From an uncultured Acidobacteriota bacterium (GTDB lineage Bacteria > Acidobacteriota > Vicinamibacteria > Vicinamibacterales > UBA8438): a DNA stretch of 64,000 nt. This document shows positions 1 through 9,825 of this stretch, in pieces; position 1 is the first letter of the stretch, and every line of letters begins with the position of its first letter. A model generated the notes under the pieces. The model was not told where the DNA came from and did no database searches. It saw only the letters and a list, made by a program, of their open reading frames with translations. The stretch lies in assembly GCA_913043225.1 (NCBI GenBank), contig CAJWLU010000003.1, forward strand, positions 128,001 through 192,000, in the 5' to 3' direction. Made by a program: the position numbers and the translations under genes.

Positions 1-567
1 AGCCCCCCGACCGCGATGAACCGTGAGCACTGCATCCTCGGGGCGAGTCGCTGCGTGGCGGTCAACCCGTCGGATACGGCACCCACGCTTGTGGCCTTGG
101 AAGCCGAGATGGTCGTCCGACGCGGCAACTCCGAGCGTGTCGTGGCGGCTGAAGACTTCTTTGTTGGCCCCGAGATTGACATCGAGCGGATGACCGTCCT
201 GGAGCCAGGCGATTTGCTGATGTCCATTCGTGTGCCTTCGAAGTGGGCCAACTCTCGCGTCTATTTTGAGAAGGTCCGCGACCGCGATTCCTGGGACTTC
301 CCGCTGGCCAACGTAGCGACCGCGATTCGTGAGAACGGCGGGACCATCGAAGAGGCGCGCGTGGTGGTCAACGGTGTCGCACCGACACCGGTTCGGCTGA
401 CCGCCGTCGAAAGTGCCATCATCGGGCAGCCGCGGAACGAGCAGACTGCGGAGCAGGCGGGCAACGTTTCGATTCAGGGCGTGGCGCCGCTGACCCACAA
501 TGGCTACAAGGTCAATCTAATGAAGAACTTGGTGAAGCGGTCGATTCGCGACGAGCCTCTGGCCTAG
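1..567 (+). CDS. Xanthine dehydrogenase/aldehyde oxidoreductase family FAD-binding subunit (YagS/PaoB-like), 5'-truncated by the window edge
   Basis: NREHCILG-SRCVAVNPSDTA, EKVRDRDSWDF, GVAPTPVRL and NGYKVNL motifs match the C-terminal half of PaoB/YagS-type subunits. The frame is open from base 1. Confidence 0.9.
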   Translation, partial: SPPTAMNREHCILGASRCVAVNPSDTAPTLVALEAEMVVRRGNSERVVAAEDFFVGPEIDIERMTVLEPGDLLMSIRVPSKWANSRVYFEKVRDRDSWDFPLANVATAIRENGGTIEEARVVVNGVAPTPVRLTAVESAIIGQPRNEQTAEQAGNVSIQGVAPLTHNGYKVNLMKNLVKRSIRDEPLA

Positions 568-761
568 TTCTACATAGCAACGGTAGGTTTCGGAGAGCCG
601 GGGCGCTTCACGCTCCGGCTCTTCGTCTGTACGCCCCAAGTCGTCGAGGTAATCGTAGGAGAGGAACCGCCGTGCACCAGACCGTAGCGGGCCTGAGCCA
701 ACTCGGCCATCACCTGCAGGAGAGCTTCGGTGACGCTTGGAGGAGCTTGAAGAACGGCGCT

Positions 762-1283
762 CTAGTACACGATGAACTCCAGCAGATTCCCGTCTGGGTC
801 CCGGATATAGCGGCTCGTGCCCTCGGCCGTGCCTAGCGCCCGACCTCCGACCCGGGGGGCCGGGCCTTCGATGATGTCGGCGCCGACTCGGGCCAGGAGG
901 GCGTCCAGCGCTTCCTCGCTCTCTCCCCACACGAAGCAATAGTCACCGCACGGGGGCTCGGCAGCGGGGGCGCGCAGGGTGAACGTGCCGCTCTCCCAGA
1001 ACTCCGGTCGGTGCATGTTGAGCTTGCTGTCACCGAACGCGGCGGCACAGATGGTCGGTCCCTCGATGATCGTGAAACCTAGCGACCGATAGAACGACAG
1101 CATCGCGTCCGTATCTCGCAGCGGGACCGAGACATGGTCGAAGGAGCGGAGCGGGTTCGTCGTTTGCGCCGTAGCCCCCTGCTCGGTCGCCCCGAGCCCC
1201 GAGGAAACTCCTAGACCACCCGCCAGCGTACGTCGGATGAACTGTCGCCGGGATGCCTGACTCTGTTCTGTCCGCTGCTCCAT
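762..1283 (-). CDS. VOC/glyoxalase family protein with Tat signal peptide
   Basis: N-terminal SRRQFIRR twin-arginine motif; FDHVSV and YIRDPDGNLLEF VOC motifs. Confidence 0.85.
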   Translation of the reverse strand: MEQRTEQSQASRRQFIRRTLAGGLGVSSGLGATEQGATAQTTNPLRSFDHVSVPLRDTDAMLSFYRSLGFTIIEGPTICAAAFGDSKLNMHRPEFWESGTFTLRAPAAEPPCGDYCFVWGESEEALDALLARVGADIIEGPAPRVGGRALGTAEGTSRYIRDPDGNLLEFIVY

Positions 1284-1566
1284 GCCTTCGCCTCCTCTAC
1301 GGCACCTCGTTTGCGTTGGACCGAGTCTACCAGCGGAAGCACCGCGGCTTCGGGGAAACCGACCTCTGCTCTGAGGCGCCGTTGCGGCCCCGGGGGATGC
1401 TGAACCGCAACGTTAAAGAAATAGAGAGGATGTGCTACCAGAGGGACCGGCGTTTCAGAGTAGAGGCCTCCAGCGTAGCCGTCCGGTACCGGGACGGTCT
1501 GAAGTCGTTCGAAGGGGGAACCCCGATGGTCGCCTGGTGTACCATGGACCGATAAGGCAGTTCCGC

Positions 1567-4029
1567 ATGACGATCAAACTGCGACGGATGGGGTGGTGGG
1601 CCCTCAGCGCTGTCCTGGGGTTCGGAGCGATCGGCGCCGACAGGTTGGGGGCCCAGCCGGCGGGTGATGCCGCACCCGGGTACCGCGAGCTCCTCGACCG
1701 GTACTGTGTCACCTGTCACAATCCACATCTCCGTACGGCCGATCTGAGTCTGGCGTCGGAAGACGTCGACCTGCGCGATGTCGGTGCCCACGCTGACATC
1801 TGGGAACGAGTAGTCCGGAGATTGCGGGCCGGTGCGATGCCACCTGCCCCTCGACCGCGCCCGGCGGCCGACCAGTACGACGCGTTCACGGGATGGCTCG
1901 AGGTCGAGCTCGACCGTGCCGCAGAGCGGAACCCGAATCCCGGGCGGACGGATACGTTTCATCGGCTGAACCGGAGCGAGTATCACAACGTCATCCGCGA
2001 CCTCCTCGCGCTCGATGTGGACGTGCGGCAACTGCTTCCCGCCGACGACGGGAGCTACGGTTTCGACAATATCGCAGGCGTGCTCGGGATGTCGCCCACG
2101 TTGCTGGAACGCTATCTGGCGGCGGCGAAGAAGATCGGCCGGCTGGCGGTGGGCCGATCGGCGGACTCACCCATTGCCGAGACCTTCCGTCTAGCGACGG
2201 ATCTGAGTCAGGACACCCGCGTGGAGGGGTTACCGTTCGGGACCCGGGGTGGGACGGAGATCGAGTTTACGTTCCCGGAGGATGCGGTTTACGCGTTCCA
2301 GGTCACGCTCGGACGGGACGCCAGTGGCACGCTGAAGGTGTTCGATACGCCACATCAGCTCGAGGTGAGTCTGGATGGCGCGCCGCTTGAGACTTTCGTG
2401 GTTGGGGCACCGCCGCCGGAGGGGGTCGAGCGATCGGGTGAGGAGTATCGCGCGTATCTGGCCGCGCAGCGTGGTATCGACGAGGGTTGGGAGGTTCGCG
2501 CGCCGGTCCGGGCCGGTCCTCATACCGTAAGGGTTACCTTCCACCAGAAGACCACCGCCTACGCCGAGAGTCTTAGGCAACCCTTCCTGCGTCCCTATAC
2601 CAGCATCACGGGTGGTGATACCCGTTACCAACCCTACGTGGGCGCGGTGACCATTGCTGGCCCCTATGAGGCTAGCGGCGCCCGTCCGGTGGAGCCGACT
2701 CCCAGTCGGCAACTGATCTTCGTGTGCCAGCCGGCGGCCGGCGACCGCGCAGACGAGGATCGGTGTGCCCGCGAGATCTTCACCACCCTGGCTCGACGCG
2801 CCTATCGGCGACCCGCGACTGAGGCTGAGCTCGCCGTGCTGCTCGACTTCTTTTCCGAGGGCCGGGTTGATGGTTTTGACGCCGGGGTCGAGCTCGGCTT
2901 GCGGCGCCTGCTTGCCAGCCCAGAGTTCCTGTTTCGGGTCGAACGGGAACCACCTGACGCTGTGCCGGCCACGCCCTACCGAGTCGGTGCCCTCGAATTG
3001 GCGTCACGCCTGTCCTTCTTCCTGTGGAGCAGCATTCCCGATGAACCGCTGCTCGAAGCGGCTATCGACGGTTCGCTGCTCCGACCTGAGGTGCTCGAAG
3101 CGCAGGCCCGCCGTATGCTCGACGACCCGCGATCGAACGCCCTCGTCGATAACTTCGCCGGACAGTGGCTCTATCTCCGCAACGTCCGGGCGCTGACGCC
3201 GGACGAAGATCTGTTCCCGGATTTCGGTGAAGCCCTGCGGCGGTCATTCCAGCGTGAGACGGAATTGTTCTTCGAGAGCATCCTTCGGGAAGACCGGAGC
3301 GTGCTGGAGTTCCTGACTGCGGACTATACGTTCGTGGATGAGCGTCTGGCCAGACACTACGGGATTCCGAACATTTATGGGAGCCACTTCCGGCGCATCT
3401 CGTTGGCGGGTGAGAGCCGGCGGGGGTTGTTGGGGCATGGCAGCATCCTGGCGGCGACCGCCTACCCCACGCGGACGTCGCCGGTGCTGCGCGGCAAGTG
3501 GGTGCTGGAGAATCTCCTCGGCACTCCGCCGCCGCTGCCTCCCCCGGACGTGCCTTCGCTCGAAGAGACCACTGAGGAAGGTGCGTCGCTCTCGATGCGG
3601 GAGGCGATGGAGAAGCACCGCGCCAATCCGGTGTGTTCCAGTTGCCATCGCATCATGGACCCGCCCGGCTTCGCCATGGAGGAGTTCGATGCGGTAGGTC
3701 GGTTCCGGACCCACAGCGAATCGAATCAACCGATCGACGCAACCGGGATACTGCCGGATGGCACCCCGTTCGAGGGTGTAGCGGGCCTGCGCGAGGCGCT
3801 GCTCGGCCGACCGGGGCTGTTCGTGACAACGCTGTCGGAGAAGCTGTTGACCTATGCTCTGGGTCGCGGAGTGGAGCATTACGACGCTCCGGCGATCCGG
3901 GCCATGACCCAAGCGGCGGAAGTCGAAGACCATCGGTTTTCGTCGCTCATCCTTGGCGTGGTCCGAAGCCAACCGTTCCAGATGCGGATGGCCGCGCCCT
4001 CTATCCAGGGGGAATCGGCCAACCCCTGA
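1567..4029 (+). CDS. DUF1592/DUF1588/DUF1587/DUF1585/DUF1595 multi-domain c-type cytochrome
   Basis: Signal peptide, CVTCH and CSSCH heme motifs, RLNRSEY, ELASRLSFFLWSSIPD, RTSPVLRGKWVLENLLG. Start placed at ATG 1567. Confidence 0.9.
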   Translation: MTIKLRRMGWWALSAVLGFGAIGADRLGAQPAGDAAPGYRELLDRYCVTCHNPHLRTADLSLASEDVDLRDVGAHADIWERVVRRLRAGAMPPAPRPRPAADQYDAFTGWLEVELDRAAERNPNPGRTDTFHRLNRSEYHNVIRDLLALDVDVRQLLPADDGSYGFDNIAGVLGMSPTLLERYLAAAKKIGRLAVGRSADSPIAETFRLATDLSQDTRVEGLPFGTRGGTEIEFTFPEDAVYAFQVTLGRDASGTLKVFDTPHQLEVSLDGAPLETFVVGAPPPEGVERSGEEYRAYLAAQRGIDEGWEVRAPVRAGPHTVRVTFHQKTTAYAESLRQPFLRPYTSITGGDTRYQPYVGAVTIAGPYEASGARPVEPTPSRQLIFVCQPAAGDRADEDRCAREIFTTLARRAYRRPATEAELAVLLDFFSEGRVDGFDAGVELGLRRLLASPEFLFRVEREPPDAVPATPYRVGALELASRLSFFLWSSIPDEPLLEAAIDGSLLRPEVLEAQARRMLDDPRSNALVDNFAGQWLYLRNVRALTPDEDLFPDFGEALRRSFQRETELFFESILREDRSVLEFLTADYTFVDERLARHYGIPNIYGSHFRRISLAGESRRGLLGHGSILAATAYPTRTSPVLRGKWVLENLLGTPPPLPPPDVPSLEETTEEGASLSMREAMEKHRANPVCSSCHRIMDPPGFAMEEFDAVGRFRTHSESNQPIDATGILPDGTPFEGVAGLREALLGRPGLFVTTLSEKLLTYALGRGVEHYDAPAIRAMTQAAEVEDHRFSSLILGVVRSQPFQMRMAAPSIQGESANP

Positions 4030-4041
4030 TTAGGACACCTC

Positions 4042-5400
4042 ATGATCATCAAGAAGCTGTCGTTGCCCCGTCGTACATTTCTTCGGGGTCTCGGCGCCGC
4101 GGTGGCGCTGCCGTTGCTCGACGCTATGGTGCCGGCGTTGCCCGGGAGTTCACGGGTGGCGCGTGCCGCTGGCGCGCCGGTGAGCCGTTTAGGGTTCGTC
4201 TATATCCCCAACGGCGCGGTGATGCAGCAGTGGACCCCGGGCGAGTCCGGCGTCGGCTTCGAGCTCTCGCCGATCCTGCGTCCGCTGGAGCCGTATCGCG
4301 ATCAGCTCACCGTGGTGAGCGGCCTGGCGCACGGACAGGCGGAGCCGCTAGGTGATGGCAACGGGGAGCACTCGCGGGCCAGTGCCACCTGGCTGAACGG
4401 AGTCCATCCTAAGCAGACCGAGGGTGCAGACGTGCGGGCCGGCGTCACGGCCGATCAACTGGCCGCCGAAGCGCTCGGGAGCGACACTCCGCTGCCGTCG
4501 CTCGAGCTCGCCATCGACCTTGACGGCCTGGTCGGCAACTGCGAGAACGGTTACAGCTGCGTCTATCTGAATACGGTCGCGTGGCGTTCGGCTACGACCC
4601 CGCTGCCGATGGAGAACAATCCGCGGGTTGTGTTCGAACGACTCTTCGGCGATGGCGGAACCACCGAGCAGCGCGTGGTCGAGATGCGGCGCGACCGGAG
4701 CATCCTCGACTCGGTGACCGACGATCTGGCCTCACTGGAACGCGAGATCGGCGCGGGAGACCGCGCCCGCCTCGACCAGTACCTCGATGCCATTCGGGCG
4801 CTCGAACGGCGGATCCAGCTCGCCGAGGCGCAGAGCGCCGACGCCGAGCTGCCGGAGCTCGCCCGTCCGGTCGGTATTCCCGGCACCTATGAGGAGCACG
4901 TCAAGCTAATGTTCGATCTGGTCGCGTTGGCTTATCAGGCCGACATCACCAGGGTCTTCACTTTCATGCTCGGCCGGGAGCTTGGCGGCCGCACTTATCC
5001 GCACCTGGGGGTACCGGACCCGCATCACGGGCTGTCGCATCACCGGAACGATCCCGAGAAGCTCGACAAGCTGGCCAGGATCAACACGTATCACATGGGG
5101 CTCTTCACGCACTTCCTGGAGAATCTCACCGGCACGCCTGACGGTGACGGTTCGTTGCTCGACCACTCGATGGTGCTGTACGGCGGGGGCTTGGGCGACA
5201 GCAACGACCACGCGCACTTTGACCTTCCCGAACTGGTGGTCGGCGGTGGTGCGGGACGACTTGCCGGCAACCGGCATCTCCGCTATCCGAAGGACACGCC
5301 GATGACCAACCTGCTGGTCAGCATTCTGGAGAAGGCAGGTCTTCGCACCGAGACGCTGGGGGACAGCACTGGCCAGATCGGTGAGCTGGTGGGTGTCTAG
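4042..5400 (+). CDS. DUF1552 domain protein (Tat-exported)
   Basis: LPRRTFLRG Tat motif, GNCENGYSCVY, NPRVVFERLFG, HHGLSHH, DGDGSLLDHS. It directly follows the DUF1592 gene. Confidence 0.9.
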   Translation: MIIKKLSLPRRTFLRGLGAAVALPLLDAMVPALPGSSRVARAAGAPVSRLGFVYIPNGAVMQQWTPGESGVGFELSPILRPLEPYRDQLTVVSGLAHGQAEPLGDGNGEHSRASATWLNGVHPKQTEGADVRAGVTADQLAAEALGSDTPLPSLELAIDLDGLVGNCENGYSCVYLNTVAWRSATTPLPMENNPRVVFERLFGDGGTTEQRVVEMRRDRSILDSVTDDLASLEREIGAGDRARLDQYLDAIRALERRIQLAEAQSADAELPELARPVGIPGTYEEHVKLMFDLVALAYQADITRVFTFMLGRELGGRTYPHLGVPDPHHGLSHHRNDPEKLDKLARINTYHMGLFTHFLENLTGTPDGDGSLLDHSMVLYGGGLGDSNDHAHFDLPELVVGGGAGRLAGNRHLRYPKDTPMTNLLVSILEKAGLRTETLGDSTGQIGELVGV

Positions 5401-5430
5401 CGCGACTGGGGCGTGTCGAAGAGGATGGTC

Positions 5431-6861
5431 ATGACCAAGCTGGGCGTCCGGTGGGGGTCGACGGTCGCCTTGTGGCTGGCGGTTTTCGCACCGGCGGCCG
5501 CTGCGGCGCCTGCCGACGGACCTTTGCTGACCGCCGTGCGAGGGGGCGACGCCGAACAGGTGCGCGCGCTGCTCGCCATCGGAGCCGATCCGGACGCGTC
5601 CGCCTCAGATGGTGGAACGGCCCTCCTATGGGCCGCTGAGGCAGGTGACGATACGCTAACCAGGATGTTGCTCGAAGCCGGGGCGGCCGCGGATCGCGCC
5701 AACCGCTTCGGGGCGACGCCTCTGCTCGTGGCCGCGACCGGCGGGCATGCCGGCGTTCTGGAACTGCTGCTCACGGCGGGTGCCGACCCCGACCTGGCGA
5801 TGCCGGAAGGAGAGACCGCACTCATGCGTGCCGCTCGGTCCGGCCGAGCCGATGCCGTGGGAGCGTTGATCGACCATGGCGCGGAGATCGACGTTCGGGA
5901 ACAGTGGCGTGGGCAAACGGCTCTCATGTGGGCGGCGGTGGAAGGTAGCACGACGGTGGCGCGTACTCTACTGGCCGCCGGAGCCGACGCCCACGTACGA
6001 TCCAGAGGAGGGTTCACACCGCTGCTTTTTGCGGTGCGACACAATCAGCTCGAGACGCTGGATGCGTTGGTCGAGGGTGGGGCCGACGTGGACGATGCCC
6101 TGCCAAGTGGGCTGAGCGCGCTGTGTCTCGCGACGCTCAACGCCCACTATGATCTTGGGGTCTGGCTGCTCGAACACGGGGCCGACCCGAATGCCGACGG
6201 CCAAGGCTGGACGGCGCTCCATCAGCTGGTTTGGGCCCGTCGTCCCAACCTCGGTTACAACAACCCGGCGCCGAACCCGACCGGTCGGGTGTCGGACCTC
6301 GAGTTTGTCGAGGCGCTGGTCGCTCATGGTGCCAACGTCAACTCGCTCGAGACAAAGGAGCCGCGCGGCGCGGACGGATCCGGCTCACCGGTCGGCTATC
6401 GGAACGTGCTGAACCGTGTCGGGGCCACGCCGTTCCTGCTGGCTGCCAAGGCGGCAGACGTCGAGTTGATGCATCGTCTCATCGAACTCGGAGCCGACCC
6501 ACTGCTTCCGAACGAGGACGGCACCACCCCGCTGATGGTTGCGGCTGGGGTCGGTATTTGGGCCGTGGGTGAGAGTCCGGGGACCAATGAAGAGGCGCTC
6601 AAGGCCGTGAAGCTCATGCTGGAGCTTGGTGATAGCCCGACCACCGTCGATGGTAACGGGGACACGGCCCTGCACGGCGCAGTCATTCGAGGCTCTGAGC
6701 CGCTAGTGCGCTTCCTGCTGGAACTTGGCGCAGACCTGGAAGCGGAGAACGAGAAAGGTTGGACCCCACTTACCATTGCCAAGGGGGTCTTCTACTCCAA
6801 TACCGGTAAGCGGTGGCCAGAGATGGAGCGGTTGCTCATCGAGCTTGGGGCGACGAAGTAG
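5431..6861 (+). CDS. Secreted ankyrin-repeat protein
   Basis: Signal peptide plus many G-T-[AP]-L-x-x-A ankyrin repeats. An alternative start is GTG 5413. Confidence 0.9.
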   Translation: MTKLGVRWGSTVALWLAVFAPAAAAAPADGPLLTAVRGGDAEQVRALLAIGADPDASASDGGTALLWAAEAGDDTLTRMLLEAGAAADRANRFGATPLLVAATGGHAGVLELLLTAGADPDLAMPEGETALMRAARSGRADAVGALIDHGAEIDVREQWRGQTALMWAAVEGSTTVARTLLAAGADAHVRSRGGFTPLLFAVRHNQLETLDALVEGGADVDDALPSGLSALCLATLNAHYDLGVWLLEHGADPNADGQGWTALHQLVWARRPNLGYNNPAPNPTGRVSDLEFVEALVAHGANVNSLETKEPRGADGSGSPVGYRNVLNRVGATPFLLAAKAADVELMHRLIELGADPLLPNEDGTTPLMVAAGVGIWAVGESPGTNEEALKAVKLMLELGDSPTTVDGNGDTALHGAVIRGSEPLVRFLLELGADLEAENEKGWTPLTIAKGVFYSNTGKRWPEMERLLIELGATK

Positions 6862-6874
6862 GGCGAAACAGGGC

Positions 6875-6918
6875 GTACACCACAACGGCCGGGCAGAAGC
6901 CCGGCCGTTGTGGTGTAC
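6875..6918. terminator. Perfect 20-bp hairpin between convergent genes (likely bidirectional terminator)
   Basis: GTACACCACAACGGCCGGGC-agaa-GCCCGGCCGTTGTGGTGTAC lies between stops at 6861 (+) and 6935 (-). There is no long U-tract. Confidence 0.7.
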
Positions 6919-6934
6919 CGGTGGGCGTCGAGGC

Positions 6935-7288
6935 TCAGTCCGCGAGCTCGATCGATGACACGCTCAGCAGTTTTTCACCGCCGGCCTCGCTGGTTTCGCC
7001 CGTCACCCTCACCTGCTTAGCCATCATCTTGGCTAGCTTGTCCGGGTTCTCCGACGCCCAGTCTCCCGTGATCTTGTAGAGGCCAGCGGCGGTCTGGATG
7101 CCGATGGGGTCGCCGTTCTTGGCGCAGCGGACCATGCAGGCCACGTGCTCTGCGCTCGGCTCCGTCCCGCCCATTGCGGAGCAGCCAGCCTCCACGAGCC
7201 GGCCGGTGATAATTTCCTCTGCCGCGGCAGATCCTGCCAGAATGAAAGTCGCTGCGGCAACGAGGACGACGAGAGCAAATTTCTTCAT
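6935..7288 (-). CDS. Small secreted protein with a C...HxxCxxxC-G-P motif
   Basis: MKKFALVVLVAAA signal peptide; EAGC and HVACMVRCAKNGDP; beta-rich tail. Start ATG 7288. Confidence 0.75.
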   Translation of the reverse strand: MKKFALVVLVAAATFILAGSAAAEEIITGRLVEAGCSAMGGTEPSAEHVACMVRCAKNGDPIGIQTAAGLYKITGDWASENPDKLAKMMAKQVRVTGETSEAGGEKLLSVSSIELAD

Positions 7289-7403
7289 CCGCCAAGTCTG
7301 CCGGCCCGGGTGGCCGGGTGTCAAGACGTCGGCTTTCCCGCGTCTGGCAACCACTCGGGGTAGAATGCTGCCAAATCAACGTTCTCAGACCCCAGGAGTC
7401 ATC

Positions 7404-8372
7404 ATGGCCCGTCTAGACCGTCTCGTTCCGTTGCTCGCCATCGGTCTCGTTTTCACGCTTGGTCCTTCGATGCTTGCGGGCGCTCAGATTTTGGACGGGC
7501 CAGACCCGGCGCAGATGGAAGATGCCCCTGATCTCGGTTACAGGGCGGTGCCTCACGGGCTCGAGATTCCCGCCGGAATGGAGATGGGTGCCCCTTCGAG
7601 CGTGGTCTGGACCTCTCGCGACCATTTGATCGTATTCAACCGGGGACCAAATCCGCTCATGGCGTTCGAGGCCGACGGCAAGTTCATCCGTGCGTGGGGA
7701 CAGGGGGAGTATGAGCGGCCGCACGGCATGCGCCTGGATCCTGAAGGAAACATCTGGACGACGGATGTCAACGGTCACACTGTTCGGAAGATGAACCTGG
7801 ACGGTGAGGTGCTGCTCACGATTGGCACCCACGGGCAGCCGGGCGACGCCGAGGACGGACTGCTCAACGAGCCGACGGATCTCACCATCAACGCCGCTGG
7901 TGACATCTTCGTGTTGGTAGGCCACGGTCGAGGCGAGCCGCGTCTCGTCAAGTTCGACAAACACGGCACGCTGGTGACTTCATGGGGCGGTCCTGGCACC
8001 GAGCCAGGAAAGTTTGATACTCCTCATTCGATCGTGGTTGACGCCGCCGGCCTGCTCTACGTGGCCGATCGACAAAACCGCCGTATCCAGATCTTCGACG
8101 AGGACGGCAAGTATCTAAGGGAATGGGCCTACAAAGGTCTACCCTGCGGTATCCACCTGCAGGAGGATGGACAGATGTGGCTAGCCAGTGGATTCGCCGG
8201 GGAGATTCTCACCCTCGACAAGAACGGTAAGGCCACCGCGGCTACCGGGGAGCCCGGCAAGGGCCTCGGTGAATTTGGGGAGGCGCACTACATGACCGTG
8301 GCGCCCAACGGTGACATCTGGGTGGCCGATACCGTCAAGCCCGACCTCCACAAGTTCGTCAAGCGCCAGTAG
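7404..8372 (+). CDS. Secreted NHL-repeat beta-propeller (peptidyl-alpha-hydroxyglycine alpha-amidating lyase-like)
   Basis: Signal peptide; PHGMRLD, FDTPHSIVVD, YVADRQNRRIQIFD NHL repeats; GGAG RBS upstream of ATG 7404. Confidence 0.85.
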   Translation: MARLDRLVPLLAIGLVFTLGPSMLAGAQILDGPDPAQMEDAPDLGYRAVPHGLEIPAGMEMGAPSSVVWTSRDHLIVFNRGPNPLMAFEADGKFIRAWGQGEYERPHGMRLDPEGNIWTTDVNGHTVRKMNLDGEVLLTIGTHGQPGDAEDGLLNEPTDLTINAAGDIFVLVGHGRGEPRLVKFDKHGTLVTSWGGPGTEPGKFDTPHSIVVDAAGLLYVADRQNRRIQIFDEDGKYLREWAYKGLPCGIHLQEDGQMWLASGFAGEILTLDKNGKATAATGEPGKGLGEFGEAHYMTVAPNGDIWVADTVKPDLHKFVKRQ

Positions 8373-8402
8373 CTCCGCCCGTTCTTCGGTTCGCCAGCGA
8401 AC

Positions 8403-9380
8403 CTAGACGTGGTTGCGGAGCATCAGTTCCTTCGGCCTCGGGTTGAGGTAGACCTGCTGTAGTAGGTAGCTGATGTCGAGGCGCCTCGCGTGGTGGCGGA
8501 TCAGTGTGATCGGCACGATCCGAGGGACGTGACCCAGGCGGTAGTCCTCGGTTACCTCCAGTAGATCTTTACGAGTCTCGCCATCGAGGTACTTTTTGAG
8601 GTGCCCCATGGCGTGCATTAGCACGTTCGTGTGCCGGCGTCGCGTGGCCCGGGTGCGCATCGCTTCCATCAGTTCGTCTTCGTAGCGACGCGCGAGCTCG
8701 GCCCGTGGGATCGTCTTGGCGTCCGCCACCAGCCGGCCCAGCTCTCGGTAGCGAGGTAGCGAATGTGCCATCAAGACGAACTTGTGCTCGGCATGGAAGG
8801 TGACGAGCGTTCCGATCGTCCAGCGACGCGACAGCAGACGCCGGAGCCGTCCATACATGAAGATGCGGTCGAAAAAGTTCTCGCGCAGGCCGGGGTCGTG
8901 GAGACGGCCCTCCTCTTCAACAGGTAGGTTGGGGTACTGACGCATCAGTTCGGCGGCGAACAGACCTCGTCCGTTACGGGCCGCCGGACCGGGTCCCGAC
9001 CAAACCTTCACCCGCTCCATCCCGCAACTCGGCGACCCGCGCTTCAGCACGAAGCCACTCAGTCTCTCCAGGGCCAGCGCCCGGACGCGCTGTCTGGAGA
9101 AACGACGCATCTTCGACGAGAGGTCGATGTCCGTCTTGACCGAGGTCAGGCGCACACCATCTGGCGCTGAGGTATCCCTCACCAGGTGAATCGGTTCCCG
9201 GGGCGTGCCCAGGCCCAGTTCGACCTCCGGGCATATTGGTACCCATTCCACCAAGTCACTCAGGGTCTCCATCAAGAAGGGATCCCGCTTATGTCCTCCG
9301 TCGTGCCGCACTTCTTCGCCGAGCAAGCAGGTCGAGATGCCGAGACGGATGGCTTTGGTCTCTGTGATTCGGTTGGTCAT
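8403..9380 (-). CDS. ybgA: DUF523/DUF1722 (YbgA, 2-thiouracil desulfurase-like) protein
   Basis: GISTCLLGEEVRHDGGHK, ICPEVELGLGTPRE, SPSCG, EEEGRL, YLNPRPKELMLRNHV. Start ATG 9380. Confidence 0.88.
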   Translation of the reverse strand: MTNRITETKAIRLGISTCLLGEEVRHDGGHKRDPFLMETLSDLVEWVPICPEVELGLGTPREPIHLVRDTSAPDGVRLTSVKTDIDLSSKMRRFSRQRVRALALERLSGFVLKRGSPSCGMERVKVWSGPGPAARNGRGLFAAELMRQYPNLPVEEEGRLHDPGLRENFFDRIFMYGRLRRLLSRRWTIGTLVTFHAEHKFVLMAHSLPRYRELGRLVADAKTIPRAELARRYEDELMEAMRTRATRRRHTNVLMHAMGHLKKYLDGETRKDLLEVTEDYRLGHVPRIVPITLIRHHARRLDISYLLQQVYLNPRPKELMLRNHV

Positions 9381-9419
9381 CTCGTTATGATCACTCGAAA
9401 CCGCTTTGGGATCAGAGGC

Positions 9420-9824
9420 CTGACTGACGCCGGCCGCCCAGGCCAGCCCGAACCGACCCCGACCAGCGTGTCGGATGGTGGCGGCCCGGCAGGCGACAGC
9501 TTCGAGGGGTATCAATTGCTTCAATCGTTCGGCAAGGGCGGGATGGGAGAAGTCTGAAAGGCTAAGCGTCATGCGCTCGCGCGGATGAACCACCAAAGTA
9601 TCGCTCAGGTATTCTGGGGCATGATGACGGCCGCCGGGTTGCCCAACTTCGCGATGGAACTCGTGGCTATAACGGACTGCTGCGAACGGAACCTGGTCTG
9701 TTCGAGGCCTGGGGGAGCTGAGGCCGGACCGCTCCTCGAACAGGCGACCGCCATTCGCATCGCCAGCGTGTACCCTGACCCGGCCGAGTTGAGAATAGCG
9801 CTCGCGGCGCTGGGAGGGCGGTGA
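9420..9824 (+). pseudogene. Collapsed Ser/Thr kinase-TPR remnant
   Basis: One frame reads YQLLQSFGKGGMGEV*(TGA 9555)KAKRHALARMNHQSIAQVF...PNFAMELV.ITDCCE and then jumps to a TPR-like tail EAGPLLEQATAIR. The VAIK, HRD and DFG motifs are missing. Confidence 0.75.
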
Positions 9825-9825
9825 G

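Noticed and set aside
568..761. Possible gene remnant on the minus strand (FLSYDYLDDLG...)
   Set aside because: No family recognised and no start signal.
1380..1500. Short hairpins upstream of the DUF1592 gene
   Set aside because: The 6-8 bp GC stems have no recognisable motif and are within chance expectation.
9555..9557. Second in-frame TGA as selenocysteine
   Set aside because: It lies at a Trp/aromatic position of a degraded kinase and has no Cys context.
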